This document shows, one piece after another, positions 9,118 to 18,978 of a stretch of DNA of 64,000 nucleotides (the first letter of the stretch is position 1; each line of letters opens with the position of its first letter). A program made the translations under genes and the position numbers. Source of the stretch: Candidatus Latescibacterota bacterium. Lineage in GTDB: Bacteria > Latescibacterota > UBA2968 > UBA8231. A model generated the notes under the pieces. It worked only from the letters and a program-made list of their open reading frames with translations. It did no database searches and was not told where the DNA came from. The stretch lies in contig CBDAOB010000005.1 in the NCBI GenBank assembly GCA_965197905.1, positions 1,472,001 to 1,536,000 on the forward strand, given 5' to 3'.

Positions 9118-10082
9118 TGTTCCAGACAGCCGATATGAAATTTCACGGTCGAGCCCTGGGTGCCGGGCCGGATTCCGTGGGTTTGTTGCGACCGTCGAAC
9201 GACGTGGCCCACGATCGCCAGGAGCTTGTGCGCCGAATGGATCGCGATGGGTACCTCTATTTGCCAGGTTTGCTGAATGTGAACGATGTGCTCGATGCCC
9301 GTCGCGAGATTATGGAGAGGTTGGCCGCAAGCGGCCTGCTGGAACCGGGGCATCCGGCAATGGAAGGCGTCGCTCGAACGGGTGTGTCGGAGATGCCGCC
9401 GATGACCAGTTTTAGCCGCGACAATCCTTCGCTGCACCATCTACTCTACGATGGTCCCATGATCCAGTTCTACGAGTTTTTTCTTCAAGGTGAGGTGCGG
9501 CACTTCGACTACACTTGGTTTCGGGCGAAACTGCCGGGCTCGGAGGACGCCACCACACCACATTACGATATCGTCTACATGGGTCGGGGTACGAAGCAGC
9601 TGTGTACCTCCTGGACCCCTTTCGGGCAGGTGCCTCTTGAGATGGGGGGCCTGATGATCCTGGAAAATTCCCATAAGCTGACGGAGCTGCGCAATACCTA
9701 CGGTCGAACCGACGTCGACCTTTACTGCGAAAACGAGGGCGACGCAGCTGCGGTTGTGGACAAAGCGCTGCAGGCCGGCCGGCCGCTCGAACGGCACGAA
9801 AGAGAGTCGATCCACTGGAACTCTTCGGGGCACTTTTCCGAGGATGCAGTGACGGCCCGACAGGAGCTCGGGGGCCGCTGGTTGAGCGCCGATTTTGAGA
9901 TCGGGGACGTCGTGATCATGAGCATGTACACCATGCACGCCAGCTCCGACAATCAGTCTTGTCGCGTTCGCATCTCCTCGGATTCCAGGTATCAGCTCGC
10001 TTCCCAACCGGTGGATGAACGTTGGATCGGCATCGATCCGCCGGCCCACGGAATCCGCGCCAAACGTGGCATGATCTGCTAA
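9114..10082 (+). CDS. Phytanoyl-CoA dioxygenase (PhyH) family Fe(II)/2OG oxygenase
   Basis: RDGYLYL, TTPHYD (HxD), TSWTP, GGLMILENSH, GDVVIM...TMHAS, RISSDSRYQ. ATGA overlap with the CocE gene. Confidence 0.92.
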   Translation: MMFQTADMKFHGRALGAGPDSVGLLRPSNDVAHDRQELVRRMDRDGYLYLPGLLNVNDVLDARREIMERLAASGLLEPGHPAMEGVARTGVSEMPPMTSFSRDNPSLHHLLYDGPMIQFYEFFLQGEVRHFDYTWFRAKLPGSEDATTPHYDIVYMGRGTKQLCTSWTPFGQVPLEMGGLMILENSHKLTELRNTYGRTDVDLYCENEGDAAAVVDKALQAGRPLERHERESIHWNSSGHFSEDAVTARQELGGRWLSADFEIGDVVIMSMYTMHASSDNQSCRVRISSDSRYQLASQPVDERWIGIDPPAHGIRAKRGMIC

Positions 10083-10266
10083 GTGAGCTGCGCCTTTCTT
10101 CGCGTCTCTTTTTCTTTTCTGCAATCACCCAGTGAATTCTCTACTCTGCGGAAAATTCGCAGACGGATTAAGCGTTTCCGGGCCCACGTGATGTCTAATT
10201 CACTGAAACAGACGTTGCAACGGCGAAACTGAAGAGAATCAGAATGACCTCACCAAGGAGTTGAAG

Positions 10267-11259
10267 ATGAGACGGTTATGTTTTCTCATGGCCATACTGA
10301 CGTTGGGTATAGCTTCTCAAAGCGTGGTCGAGGCTGGCCAACGGGGGATCAAACATAGGAACCATCGAGGGGCCGGCCTGGGCGGAGATAGGATTGGCGC
10401 CGCGCTGGAGTTGACCGATGATCAACGGCAGGCGTTGGATGCGTTGCGCGACGAATTCAAACAAACCGAGCAGCAGATCCGCGGCCAGGTTCGGGATGGA
10501 GGTTTGACTCGCGAGGAGGCCAGACCTCAGCTAGAAGTGCAGCGGGAAGCTCGCCGTGCCGCGGTGTCCGAGATACTGACTGCGGAGCAGCTGGAGCGAC
10601 TCGATCAGATCAGGGCAGAGAACGAAGACCGGCCAGGTTCCCGCGGGCACCATCGACGGGGATTTCGCGGGCGTGGGGGACTGGCAAGAGCCACTAAGGC
10701 GCTGGATCTCACGGGGGACCAACAGTCGGCGCTTGCGGCATTTCGCGAGGAATCCAGACAGGCTCATCGTGAAATTCGCAACCAGGTCAGAGAGGGAAGC
10801 CTGACCCGCGAGGAGGCTCGGCCGGTCCTGGAGGCGCAACGGACCGCTCGCCAGGCGGCGCTGGCGGACATACTGACCCCGGAGCAACTGGCACAGCTGG
10901 AGGAGCTAAGGAATGCGCGCCGTCACAAGCATGATGCCGGGGACCAAAGCGGGGACGGCGGCATTGCTGAGGCCGCGCCCCTTCCGCTAGCGCCAGATAT
11001 GGCCTCGCTGCTGCAGAATGCCCCCAATCCGTTCAATCCCGAAACGGAGATCCGCTTCGATGTTTCGCAGGAGGCGTTTGTCAACGTCTCGGTGTACAAC
11101 ACAGTTGGTCAGAAGATCGAGACGCTGGTGGACAACTACATGAGTCCTGGTCTCCATTCGGTACAGTGGAATGCTGCGAACAATCCCAGCGGGATCTATT
11201 TCTACAGGTTGGAATCAAACGGCGCCGCACAGACCCGGCGGATGTTGTTGCTCAAGTAG
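10267..11259 (+). CDS. Secreted protein with two Spy/CpxP (LTxxQ) units and a C-terminal FlgD-Ig/T9SS-type domain
   Basis: Signal peptide. Repeats ALELTDDQ...ILTAEQLERL and ALDLTGDQ...ILTPEQLAQL. C-terminus QNAPNPFNPET...VYNTVGQKI...WNA...SGIYFYRL...RRMLLLK. AAGGAG RBS at 10255. Confidence 0.85.
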   Translation: MRRLCFLMAILTLGIASQSVVEAGQRGIKHRNHRGAGLGGDRIGAALELTDDQRQALDALRDEFKQTEQQIRGQVRDGGLTREEARPQLEVQREARRAAVSEILTAEQLERLDQIRAENEDRPGSRGHHRRGFRGRGGLARATKALDLTGDQQSALAAFREESRQAHREIRNQVREGSLTREEARPVLEAQRTARQAALADILTPEQLAQLEELRNARRHKHDAGDQSGDGGIAEAAPLPLAPDMASLLQNAPNPFNPETEIRFDVSQEAFVNVSVYNTVGQKIETLVDNYMSPGLHSVQWNAANNPSGIYFYRLESNGAAQTRRMLLLK

Positions 11260-11287
11260 ATGCGCATCGACTTTTCCTACCGAACCC

Positions 11288-11332
11288 AACGCCTGGCGAG
11301 ACGCTGATTGCTCCGCCAGGCGTTTTCTTGTT
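11288..11332 (+). terminator. Rho-independent terminator, possibly bidirectional
   Basis: AACGCCTGGCG...CGCCAGGCGTT stem followed by TTCTTGTT, between convergent genes. Confidence 0.7.
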
Positions 11333-11348
11333 CTTCCGATTTGCCGCG

Positions 11349-11839
11349 TCAGCCTTCCTCGTCCGCCCCGCGGCGAACCAGGAGCACGAAGATCGCAATG
11401 TGGGTAACCAACAGCGCCGGAACTACGACTGCCGGAATGAAGTATGTCGATCCGAAGTGGCCGTTGGGAACGAAACGCACGCCCTGGAACAAGGCGTTTA
11501 GAAGATCGAGGAATCCGACGAGATTGAAGATCCATACCAAGGGAATCCCCACGCTCCACCCAAGGCGCAACGCGATTATCGCCAGCAAGGCCAGGACAGC
11601 GGCCAGCAGATCTCCGTAGGCAGCCGGGTCGGCAAAACGGGCGTCCAGATGCTCGGCGGTGCACCCGGTATCAAGAACGCGAGCCCGAGGTATCGAAATG
11701 TGTGCACTAGCACCAGGCGAATGAGGGCCTCACGGCGGGAGAAGGAGGCCAGCCATGGCATGAGATACCACTTTGCAATCAAGGTGTAGCTTACCAACCC
11801 CATGGCGATGCTCAGGGGCAACATCAATTCGACCTTCAT
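11349..11839 (-). pseudogene. Uncharacterized multi-pass membrane protein, frameshifted near 11661
   Basis: The N-terminal frame ...HTFRYLGLAFLIPG joins the second frame TAEHLDARFADPAAYGDLLAAVLA...WIFNLVGFLDLLNA...IPAVVVPALLVTH if one base is restored (GGT G[T]C ACC), giving a 163 aa protein. Confidence 0.78.
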
Positions 11840-11900
11840 GGCAGTCTCTCCAGGGTGAGTTAGATCAACGCGCCGTCCGATCGCGACATCCGACGCGTTC

Positions 11901-13436
11901 TTACTTGACGAACTGGTACGCGAAAAGCTTCACGTTCTTGAAGTAGAATTTCAGCTTTATAGGCCGGCCCTCCAGCTTGCCCACATCACTCTGTCCGTTC
12001 CACGTAACGCGGTTTGCAAATCCAGACTCGGTCAGGGTGTCGGCGTCGTCGCATTGGTGGCCGTCAAGCGGAGTATGATCTGCGGCGAGCACCTCCACCA
12101 TCAGCTCGGGCAAACCGGTGCCCCATCCCTGCTCGGCCGCCCGCATGTTCACCTGTAGCTCTCGACCTTCGAAGACAAACGCCTTGGTGACTACCTCGGC
12201 GTACTCGTGGTGACCGGCGTCTAGGGAAACGAAGCCGTCCAAAAGAGCTACGGCAAGGCCAATCTGTCCTCTTGGACCATCTTCGCCGAACTCCTCCAGA
12301 AGTCGGTCCATCTGCGTCGAGGCGCGCCAATTCTGACCGCCGTAGTAGATGAAGATCTTGTTGTCGTGCACAATCGGCTGTAGCGCGTAGACGGTCACCG
12401 AGTCGAAATCTCCTTCGTCGCCCGCCTGAATGAACGGTTGTCGATATCGTCGATCGAAGTTTATGCCGTCGCGGCTGAACACCAGTTGCGGCAGAATGGT
12501 CATGCTCGTTTTGCGGAAATTCCACAGCATCCCGATGTAGAAGCTCTCGTAGGTGGTCGCCCACATGCTGTAGAATTCCAGGTCTGGGGGATCCTCTACG
12601 TCGGGTACCAGCATCGTCTCCGGCTCACTCCAGTTGACCAGATCGGGGCTTTCGGCGCGCCCGAGCTGGCGCCTGGCAGGGGGACACATGTGGGGTCCGA
12701 AGAAGGCGTATTTGTTGATGCAGTTCTCCATGTAGGCGCCGTACACGTTGCGAATGGGATCCCAGCCCATCATGCCGGTGGGTCCCCACATGGCGTTGGG
12801 CAGGTCGATAACCGGATTCTTCTCGTACGGCGTCCAGTTGAGAGCGTCTCCGGAGTGGTAAAGATTCCACACGAATCTCGTGTTCGCGCGTGCATCTGGA
12901 TCGGACACATCGCGGTCGTCGTCCTCCCCTTCAACGGTGACCCGCGCCATCGCTTTGAACCGCTTTGTGGGATCGCTTTCCTTCTCATCGACAAAAATTC
13001 CGCCCTTGAAGTTGAGCCACCCATCCGGTCCTACAAAATTGTTCTCTTTCGAGCCTTCGAATTCCACCCTACCCAGGGACGGCTTCTCCCAGTTGAGCCC
13101 GTCCTCGGAAACCGCATAACAAACACCTCGGGAGTACTTCTTCGGCACCGTCGGCACTAGCTTTTTCGGAACCCTTTCGGTGGCCGAAAAGTGAGTATTG
13201 GTGTACCACATCTTGAAGAGCTCTTCGTGATCGTCGTAGAGCACTGCCCCGTAGTGCAGGTCGTTGCCCTCCCAAGGGCGGTCTCTCCGTATCACCGGGT
13301 TGTCCCGGTATTTGACCGCCGGATTCATCACGAACGCACCGTGTTTGACACTTTCCACCAGGCTGTCGTCCAAAAAGAGCTGCTTCTGAGTTCCAATATG
13401 CGTCAAACCAGGTTTCCATTCGGCGTGTTCGTTCAT
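11901..13436 (-). CDS. Five-bladed beta-propeller glycoside hydrolase-like protein (GH32/GH43-like)
   Basis: QKQLFLDD, NPVI...PWE, FKMWY, YAVSEDGLNWEKP, SPDLVNWS, SRDGINF, DGFVSL, and a C-terminal beta sandwich IKLKFYFKNVKLFAYQF. Start at ATG 13436. Confidence 0.75.
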   Translation of the reverse strand: MNEHAEWKPGLTHIGTQKQLFLDDSLVESVKHGAFVMNPAVKYRDNPVIRRDRPWEGNDLHYGAVLYDDHEELFKMWYTNTHFSATERVPKKLVPTVPKKYSRGVCYAVSEDGLNWEKPSLGRVEFEGSKENNFVGPDGWLNFKGGIFVDEKESDPTKRFKAMARVTVEGEDDDRDVSDPDARANTRFVWNLYHSGDALNWTPYEKNPVIDLPNAMWGPTGMMGWDPIRNVYGAYMENCINKYAFFGPHMCPPARRQLGRAESPDLVNWSEPETMLVPDVEDPPDLEFYSMWATTYESFYIGMLWNFRKTSMTILPQLVFSRDGINFDRRYRQPFIQAGDEGDFDSVTVYALQPIVHDNKIFIYYGGQNWRASTQMDRLLEEFGEDGPRGQIGLAVALLDGFVSLDAGHHEYAEVVTKAFVFEGRELQVNMRAAEQGWGTGLPELMVEVLAADHTPLDGHQCDDADTLTESGFANRVTWNGQSDVGKLEGRPIKLKFYFKNVKLFAYQFVK

Positions 13437-13552
13437 TCTTGTTCCTTTAGAAGAGGGCGGTAACAGATGAGAGGTTGAAGAGCGAGGCCTTTTTTTACAG
13501 CAGCAGCCCGTGAAACCGATTCCCGCCGTTTTTCGCGAGGCCTGCAAGTCCA

Positions 13553-13581
13553 TATATAGACCTGCCAGTAGCACCGGTCAA
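13553..13581 (-). promoter_or_regulatory. sigma70-like promoter for the GH32/43-like gene
   Basis: Minus strand TTGACC-N17-TATATA. Confidence 0.5.
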
Positions 13582-13660
13582 GAACTGCGCAGGGGCGGTG
13601 TTTTGAGGCGATTGTTGAGGGGTGGGAAGCGACTACAGACGCATCCCTGGGTAGAGCGGG

Positions 13661-14605
13661 TTATTCGGATTCGTCGCCAATCAGCGAGCTCTCGACCAGT
13701 CGACGGAACTCCTCCAGCCTGACAGGTTTGGTCACGAACCCGTCGAAGTCGTACTCGCGCAGCTCATCGTCGCTCAAGGCTCCCGAAAGCGCCAGCACCG
13801 GGAGCTCGGTGTAGTTCTCGCGAATCTCCGAGAGCAGCGTGAGCCCATCCATTTCTGGCATGCGGATGTCGGCGATCACCAGATCCGGTTTTTGCTGGCT
13901 CATCATTTGCAGCGCTTCTACGCCGTTGCCGGCCTCGACTACTTCGTAAGGAGAAAGTGCTTTCTTCACGAAGGTGCGAACATCGATTTCGTCATCGGCG
14001 ATCAATATACGCAGGGTGGAATCCTCCGTTGCCGAGGCGAGATGTTGTTCGACGTCGTCGTGGCTGAGCTCGGTCTTTTCAACCAGGAGGTCTCGCGCCA
14101 ACTCCGTCCGTCGATCCTTCTGTTTGAGTTCGCTGACATATCTGGCTCTCTCTACCAGGTAGTCGCGCATCCGCACGTTGTCGTTTACCAGCTTGTCGGA
14201 GAGTATTTCGATGATGTTCCGGTAGATCGTGATACGGATGTCCTTGTCCTCACGTATCAGGTTGTCGAAATGGGACTTTCGAATCGAGAGGATGTTGCTG
14301 TCTTGGGTGGCGCGCACGGTAGCCGAACGGGGCTGTGTTATGACGATGCCGATTTCTCCAACCGTCGTCACCGGTTTCAATGCGGCTATCTGAATGCCTT
14401 CCTCGGTTAGGACCCCCAGTTCCCCGGACAGGAGTACGAACATCTCTTCGCTGGTTGATCCGCTTTCACACAGCACATGCCCACTCTTGAAAGCCTGGCG
14501 CGCGAAAAGGCTGAGAACCTTCTGCACCTGGGAAGGTGACAAGCCCGCAAAAATGGGAATCTTCTTGAGGATCTGACTGAGGGCGGTGTTTGGTTCAGGT
14601 GGCAT
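13661..14605 (-). CDS. Cyclic nucleotide-binding domain plus response regulator receiver protein
   Basis: IPIFAGLS...VGEIGIV..QPRSATV (cNMP-binding); ILIADDE...DLVIADIRMPEMDG...FVTKPV (receiver with all key residues). Confidence 0.88.
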   Translation of the reverse strand: MPPEPNTALSQILKKIPIFAGLSPSQVQKVLSLFARQAFKSGHVLCESGSTSEEMFVLLSGELGVLTEEGIQIAALKPVTTVGEIGIVITQPRSATVRATQDSNILSIRKSHFDNLIREDKDIRITIYRNIIEILSDKLVNDNVRMRDYLVERARYVSELKQKDRRTELARDLLVEKTELSHDDVEQHLASATEDSTLRILIADDEIDVRTFVKKALSPYEVVEAGNGVEALQMMSQQKPDLVIADIRMPEMDGLTLLSEIRENYTELPVLALSGALSDDELREYDFDGFVTKPVRLEEFRRLVESSLIGDESE

Positions 14606-14736
14606 GGGCGGTTTCCTACAAGGCCTGCGCTTCGATATGGCGATGCAGCTAGGATTAAATATAGGCAGGTGAATGACGAAAAAACCTAGTATAACTACTA
14701 GAAAATCGCGAAATCTCACAGGTCGAAAGAGGGTTC

Positions 14737-16257
14737 TTAGAAATATTGCCCGAGGCCGAACGAAAGTTGCCAGGAGTTGTCGAGAAAACCACGTGCGACG
14801 TCGACCCGCAAGATGGGGCTGTTGTAGATGGTCAAGAGACTAACTCTCGCGCCAACCCCAGCACTCGCAGCCAAGTCGCGTTTGATTTCTCGGGGCGACC
14901 AGACGCTTCCTGCGTCGGCGAACAACGAGCCGGCGAGTACATAGATTCGATTCTGACGAAAGGTTGGTCGGGCTTCCAGGTTGAAGAGAAACCGCCGGGA
15001 TCCGTCGAAGCGTCTTGGCGCGTACCCCCGAAGTCCGCGGTCTACACCAAGAAGCAGCTGGCTCTGATCCTCCGGCTCACCCAGAGCGTCCCACAAGAGT
15101 CGCAACGCAACCGTGTGGTGTGAGGCCAGCCGCGCGTAAGCCCTCACGCTTACCGCGGTGTAGCGCTCGAAGCTGCCACTCCTGTCGAGCCGCGAGCTGT
15201 AGAAAGCGGTTCCGAAGATATAGAGATTGTCGCGGGGTTTCAGGTTGGGGGACAGTCGCAGCTGGTAAAAAACGAAATTCTGATCCGAGCCCAGGGCTTC
15301 AGACGAACCGCCGATCCGCGTCGAGATCCAGCTGCCCAACTGCACATCCTCTACCCGTCCCAGACCGAATACAAACCTCGTTTTCTCGTAGTCGGGCTTC
15401 CACACCGTCATGCCGACGCTCGGCAAAACCCTTCGGCGGTTTTCCGGCGCGTAGGTGAATCCCTGTTTGCCATCGAAGCGGTGATCGCTCACGCTGACGC
15501 GAAAACCTGGCCTGAGCTTGGTTGCGCCGCCGTAGGACCGGGTCACCCAGGCCGATGCCGCCTCGCGCCGGTTTTCATATTTCGCGGCTAGACGCTGGCC
15601 GGAATAGAGACGGGCTACATGTTCGGATCTTGATACCGATGCGCCGTAGGACCAGGGTGTGGAGAGGGCGTAAAAAGGGTGGGAGACGGTCAGAAACAGA
15701 TGGTGTCCTTCTTCCGCCCAACCGAGATTCGTCGTGACGGTTTGACGCGATCCCTGGAGCCTGGGGTTCTGGTAGAACAGGGATCCGCTATTGCCGGTTA
15801 CAGCGTTGTGGTTGAGGTCGACTCGCGCCACCTGTCCACGTCCAAGCAGGTTGTAATCGAGAGCGATGACTCCATAGCTGAGCTCGCCTACCTCGCCCGC
15901 CAGTTGTGGGGTCAGCGCTCGAGCATACAGATCCTCGAGCTGCAACTCCACGTCCACCGACCGTGCATCGCCCGTCAACACGGTTTGCACCTTGCCGAGG
16001 AATAACAGGCGCCGCAGGTTGCGCTCGCTTTCCTCCACCAGGGCCGTATCGAGAGGCTCGCCCACGGCGTAGAGCAACTCTCGAAACACAATGGTGCTGT
16101 CGGTGCGGGAATTCCCGACCAGCGTGATCTGCCGCACCGTCGGTCCCACAGCAGTCACCGGGTCAGCCACAAACAGAGGGAGGAGGGCGAGAATTACGGG
16201 AATCAGGAGGGAGGTGTTGGGTAGCGGTTCTCGACTACGAATCGATCGCATTTCCAT
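14737..16257 (-). CDS. BamA/TamA (Omp85) family outer membrane protein with one POTRA domain
   Basis: Signal peptide; ITLVGNSRT...RELL...ESERNLRRL (POTRA); DYNLLGRG; GLRGY; FADAG; C-terminal FGLGQYF. Confidence 0.85.
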   Translation of the reverse strand: MEMRSIRSREPLPNTSLLIPVILALLPLFVADPVTAVGPTVRQITLVGNSRTDSTIVFRELLYAVGEPLDTALVEESERNLRRLLFLGKVQTVLTGDARSVDVELQLEDLYARALTPQLAGEVGELSYGVIALDYNLLGRGQVARVDLNHNAVTGNSGSLFYQNPRLQGSRQTVTTNLGWAEEGHHLFLTVSHPFYALSTPWSYGASVSRSEHVARLYSGQRLAAKYENRREAASAWVTRSYGGATKLRPGFRVSVSDHRFDGKQGFTYAPENRRRVLPSVGMTVWKPDYEKTRFVFGLGRVEDVQLGSWISTRIGGSSEALGSDQNFVFYQLRLSPNLKPRDNLYIFGTAFYSSRLDRSGSFERYTAVSVRAYARLASHHTVALRLLWDALGEPEDQSQLLLGVDRGLRGYAPRRFDGSRRFLFNLEARPTFRQNRIYVLAGSLFADAGSVWSPREIKRDLAASAGVGARVSLLTIYNSPILRVDVARGFLDNSWQLSFGLGQYF

Positions 16258-16326
16258 TTCTGAATTTGTCCAGCCAGCGGTAATTCTCGATATTCCTCGC
16301 GGCCAATATAAGGTGACGGTTTGTAA

Positions 16327-17271
16327 ATGAGCAGTGTTCTAGCGCGCAATCGCAACCGACTTCACGCATGGCGGGCGCAAACGGTCGATTCCGACGCCAG
16401 TTGGTACTACAGGCTTTCTGACGACTGTCTGGGTGCGTTACGTCGATTCGCCGAAGGTACGGACGCGGGGGCCGATATCGCGCAGCTACCGGTAGACACC
16501 GACGAGCTGGCGGCGTGCCAGGATTGTCTCGCTGCGGTTCGAGACGCTCTGCTGTTGGGTCGTGGATTCGCCATCGTGCACCAACTGCCTGCGGACACGG
16601 TTTCGCAAAAAGGGTTGATCGCTATCTACTGGGCCCTGGGTCACCTTCTGGGGACGCCACAGGTCCAGGACAACCACGGCACCTTGCTGTTCGATGTGAC
16701 CGATACGGGACAGGATGTAAAGCAAGGCGCCAGGTTTTCGGTAACCAACGCCGGGAGCGGGTATCATACCGACTGCGCTTTCAATCCGGGTATGCCGCAG
16801 GTGGTAGGTCTCCTCTGCTTGAAGACGGCGAAATCGGGAGGGCGCAGTCAGCTGGTGAGCGCGTATACCGTCCACGACGAGCTCGCTGAACATTTTCCCG
16901 ACGAGCTGGAAACCCTTTATCGGCCGTTCCATTTCGATCGCCGGGGACAACACAGCGAAGACGAACCGCCTACCTTGCCGTTCCCGATCTTTGCGGCGCC
17001 CGAAAACCAGCTGTGCACGCGGTACATGCTATACTACATCCAGGTGGGCCAGGAGCGCACAGGACAACCGTTGAGTGAGGCCCAGGCGCGCGCCATTGCA
17101 GCGATGGAGGATACGATTCACCAACCCGGTATAAACGTCGAATTCGATCTCCAACCCGGACAGATGTTGTTCACCAGCAATCGCTGGATTTTGCACAATC
17201 GCACTGCCTTCGAGGATCATGGAGATCCAGAGAGCCGGCGCCACTATGTGCGACTCTGGCTGAATAGATGA
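16327..17271 (+). CDS. TauD/TfdA family Fe(II)/2OG dioxygenase
   Basis: GRGFAIV, YHTD, GLLCL..AKSGGRS, LQPGQM..SNRWILHNRT, RHYVRLW. Confidence 0.9.
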   Translation: MSSVLARNRNRLHAWRAQTVDSDASWYYRLSDDCLGALRRFAEGTDAGADIAQLPVDTDELAACQDCLAAVRDALLLGRGFAIVHQLPADTVSQKGLIAIYWALGHLLGTPQVQDNHGTLLFDVTDTGQDVKQGARFSVTNAGSGYHTDCAFNPGMPQVVGLLCLKTAKSGGRSQLVSAYTVHDELAEHFPDELETLYRPFHFDRRGQHSEDEPPTLPFPIFAAPENQLCTRYMLYYIQVGQERTGQPLSEAQARAIAAMEDTIHQPGINVEFDLQPGQMLFTSNRWILHNRTAFEDHGDPESRRHYVRLWLNR

Positions 17272-17281
17272 GCTTGGAGCG

Positions 17282-18010
17282 ATGCCGCTTGAGGGTCTAA
17301 AGCAACGATTCCGCACCAAGGAGCAGGTCCTGGGATTGACGATTCCCGCCAATGTAGAGCGCGATCAATTGGAGCAGCTGCTGCAGCGAGGTCCGTACGA
17401 TTTCGTTATGGTCGACAGTCAGCACTCTCCCTTCAATGAAGAGCGATTGGTTTCCCTATCGGCCCTGGTGGCGGAAGCGGGTACCTTCCTCCACCTGCGC
17501 ATCAAACACACTCGCCACACCTATCTTATCGGCAACTATCTCGACCTGGGTCCCAGTGGCATCGAGGTCCCCCAGGTGGAAACCGAAGCCACCGCTGTCG
17601 AAGCGGTGGATAACTTCTATTATCTGCCTGCGGGCATACGGAGTGTCGGTGGTGGCGCGCGCCCGAGGGCAAAGGAGTTCTCAGATCCGTTTGCCTACGC
17701 CGAGTGGTGGAACAACCACGGTATTCTGTGGATGCAGGTGGAATCGGTGGAAGCTACCGAGCAGGTGTATGCTCTGGCGAAACCGGGGGTGGATTGCGTC
17801 TCCTTCGGTCCCACCGATCTCAGCTTCAGTCTCAAGTACAGCAATCATCCCAGATTGAAGACGGTGGACGATTGTGTCGCCCAGGTCGTCGAGACCCTTG
17901 AGGGCACCCAAACGGCCGTCTGTTTCAGGACCTTCACACCCGCCAAACGGCAGAAATATCTGGATATCGGGGTCACCGTCATCCTAGAACATTTCCTGCA
18001 GCTGGACTAG
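17282..18010 (+). CDS. HpcH/HpaI aldolase/citrate lyase family protein
   Basis: DFVMVDSQHS, LDLGPSGIEVPQVET, GIRSVG, MQVES, GVDCVSFGPTDLS. Confidence 0.85.
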   Translation: MPLEGLKQRFRTKEQVLGLTIPANVERDQLEQLLQRGPYDFVMVDSQHSPFNEERLVSLSALVAEAGTFLHLRIKHTRHTYLIGNYLDLGPSGIEVPQVETEATAVEAVDNFYYLPAGIRSVGGGARPRAKEFSDPFAYAEWWNNHGILWMQVESVEATEQVYALAKPGVDCVSFGPTDLSFSLKYSNHPRLKTVDDCVAQVVETLEGTQTAVCFRTFTPAKRQKYLDIGVTVILEHFLQLD

Positions 18011-18050
18011 AGGCGGCCCGAGATTTCGCCGATTCGCGAGCCATCTCAGC

Positions 18051-18079
18051 TTGCGCTACGAATCCGCCTTTAGTACCAT
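18051..18079 (+). promoter_or_regulatory. sigma70-like promoter of the mla-type operon
   Basis: TTGCGC-N17-TACCAT. Confidence 0.45.
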
Positions 18080-18180
18080 TCCCTATATCCTTAAATCCAT
18101 TGTTTACAAGCAGCTATTGAACATCCAGGACGGTGCTGAGCGGTCCAGGCAGTGCCTGTTCAAAGCGCGAAAAAGCGGCC

Positions 18181-18975
18181 ATGACGAGGATTCTGGAAGG
18201 AATCGGTCAGCAGGTGGTGGGTTGGTTCGCCAATTCCTGGCGGGTGATGGAATTCTCGTTCGAAGCGGGAGCAGCTTCTGTCTCCTTTTTCGGCCGCCAG
18301 GGTTTCAGGGCGGTTCTCGTCGTAGTTCTTCAGCAGGTGTATTTTACGGGTTTGCAGGCGCTTCCTTTCCTGGGCCTGCTCTCGCTTCTCTTAGGTTTTA
18401 CGGTGATTATCCAATCGCTGCCGCAGTTGCAAGGCGTGGGAGCCAACGCCCTCATCGGCAAGATCCTGGTCATCAGCATCGTGCGTGAGCTGGGTCCGAT
18501 CATCACCGCCATGGTGGTGATTACCCGCTCCGGTTCCGCCATGGCCGCGGAGATGGCAACCTACCGCGTAACTGGGCAGGTTGAGGCACTGGAAGCAATG
18601 GGGGTGAACATCTCCCATTATCTCGTGGTGCCCCGTTTGTTCGGGTGTATTATTTCATTGTTTTGCATGATCCTCTATTTCGATGTTATCGCCCTTGTGG
18701 GCGGGTTTCTCGTGGCCAGCATTCGGCTCACCATGCCTTTCACGCTGTACCTAGACTACATCTATCAGTCGTTGTCTTCTCTCGATCTTTATATCAGCCT
18801 CTGCAAGAGCATGCTCTTCGGCGCTGTGATTGCTCTTTTTACATGCTACCATGGTCTGCGCGCCCAACGGGCCGCGTTCGAGATTCCGATGTACTCGCGC
18901 TCGGGCGTCGTGCAGGCGATGTTCTTCGTTTTCGTATCCAGCGCCGTTATTTCAGCCCTCTTCTATTGGATTTGA
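18181..18975 (+). CDS. mlaE: MlaE family ABC permease
   Basis: QQVYFTGLQALP, VRELGPIITAMVVITRSGSAMAAE, QVEALEAMG, YLVVPR. Confidence 0.92.
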   Translation: MTRILEGIGQQVVGWFANSWRVMEFSFEAGAASVSFFGRQGFRAVLVVVLQQVYFTGLQALPFLGLLSLLLGFTVIIQSLPQLQGVGANALIGKILVISIVRELGPIITAMVVITRSGSAMAAEMATYRVTGQVEALEAMGVNISHYLVVPRLFGCIISLFCMILYFDVIALVGGFLVASIRLTMPFTLYLDYIYQSLSSLDLYISLCKSMLFGAVIALFTCYHGLRAQRAAFEIPMYSRSGVVQAMFFVFVSSAVISALFYWI

Positions 18976-18978
18976 TCG

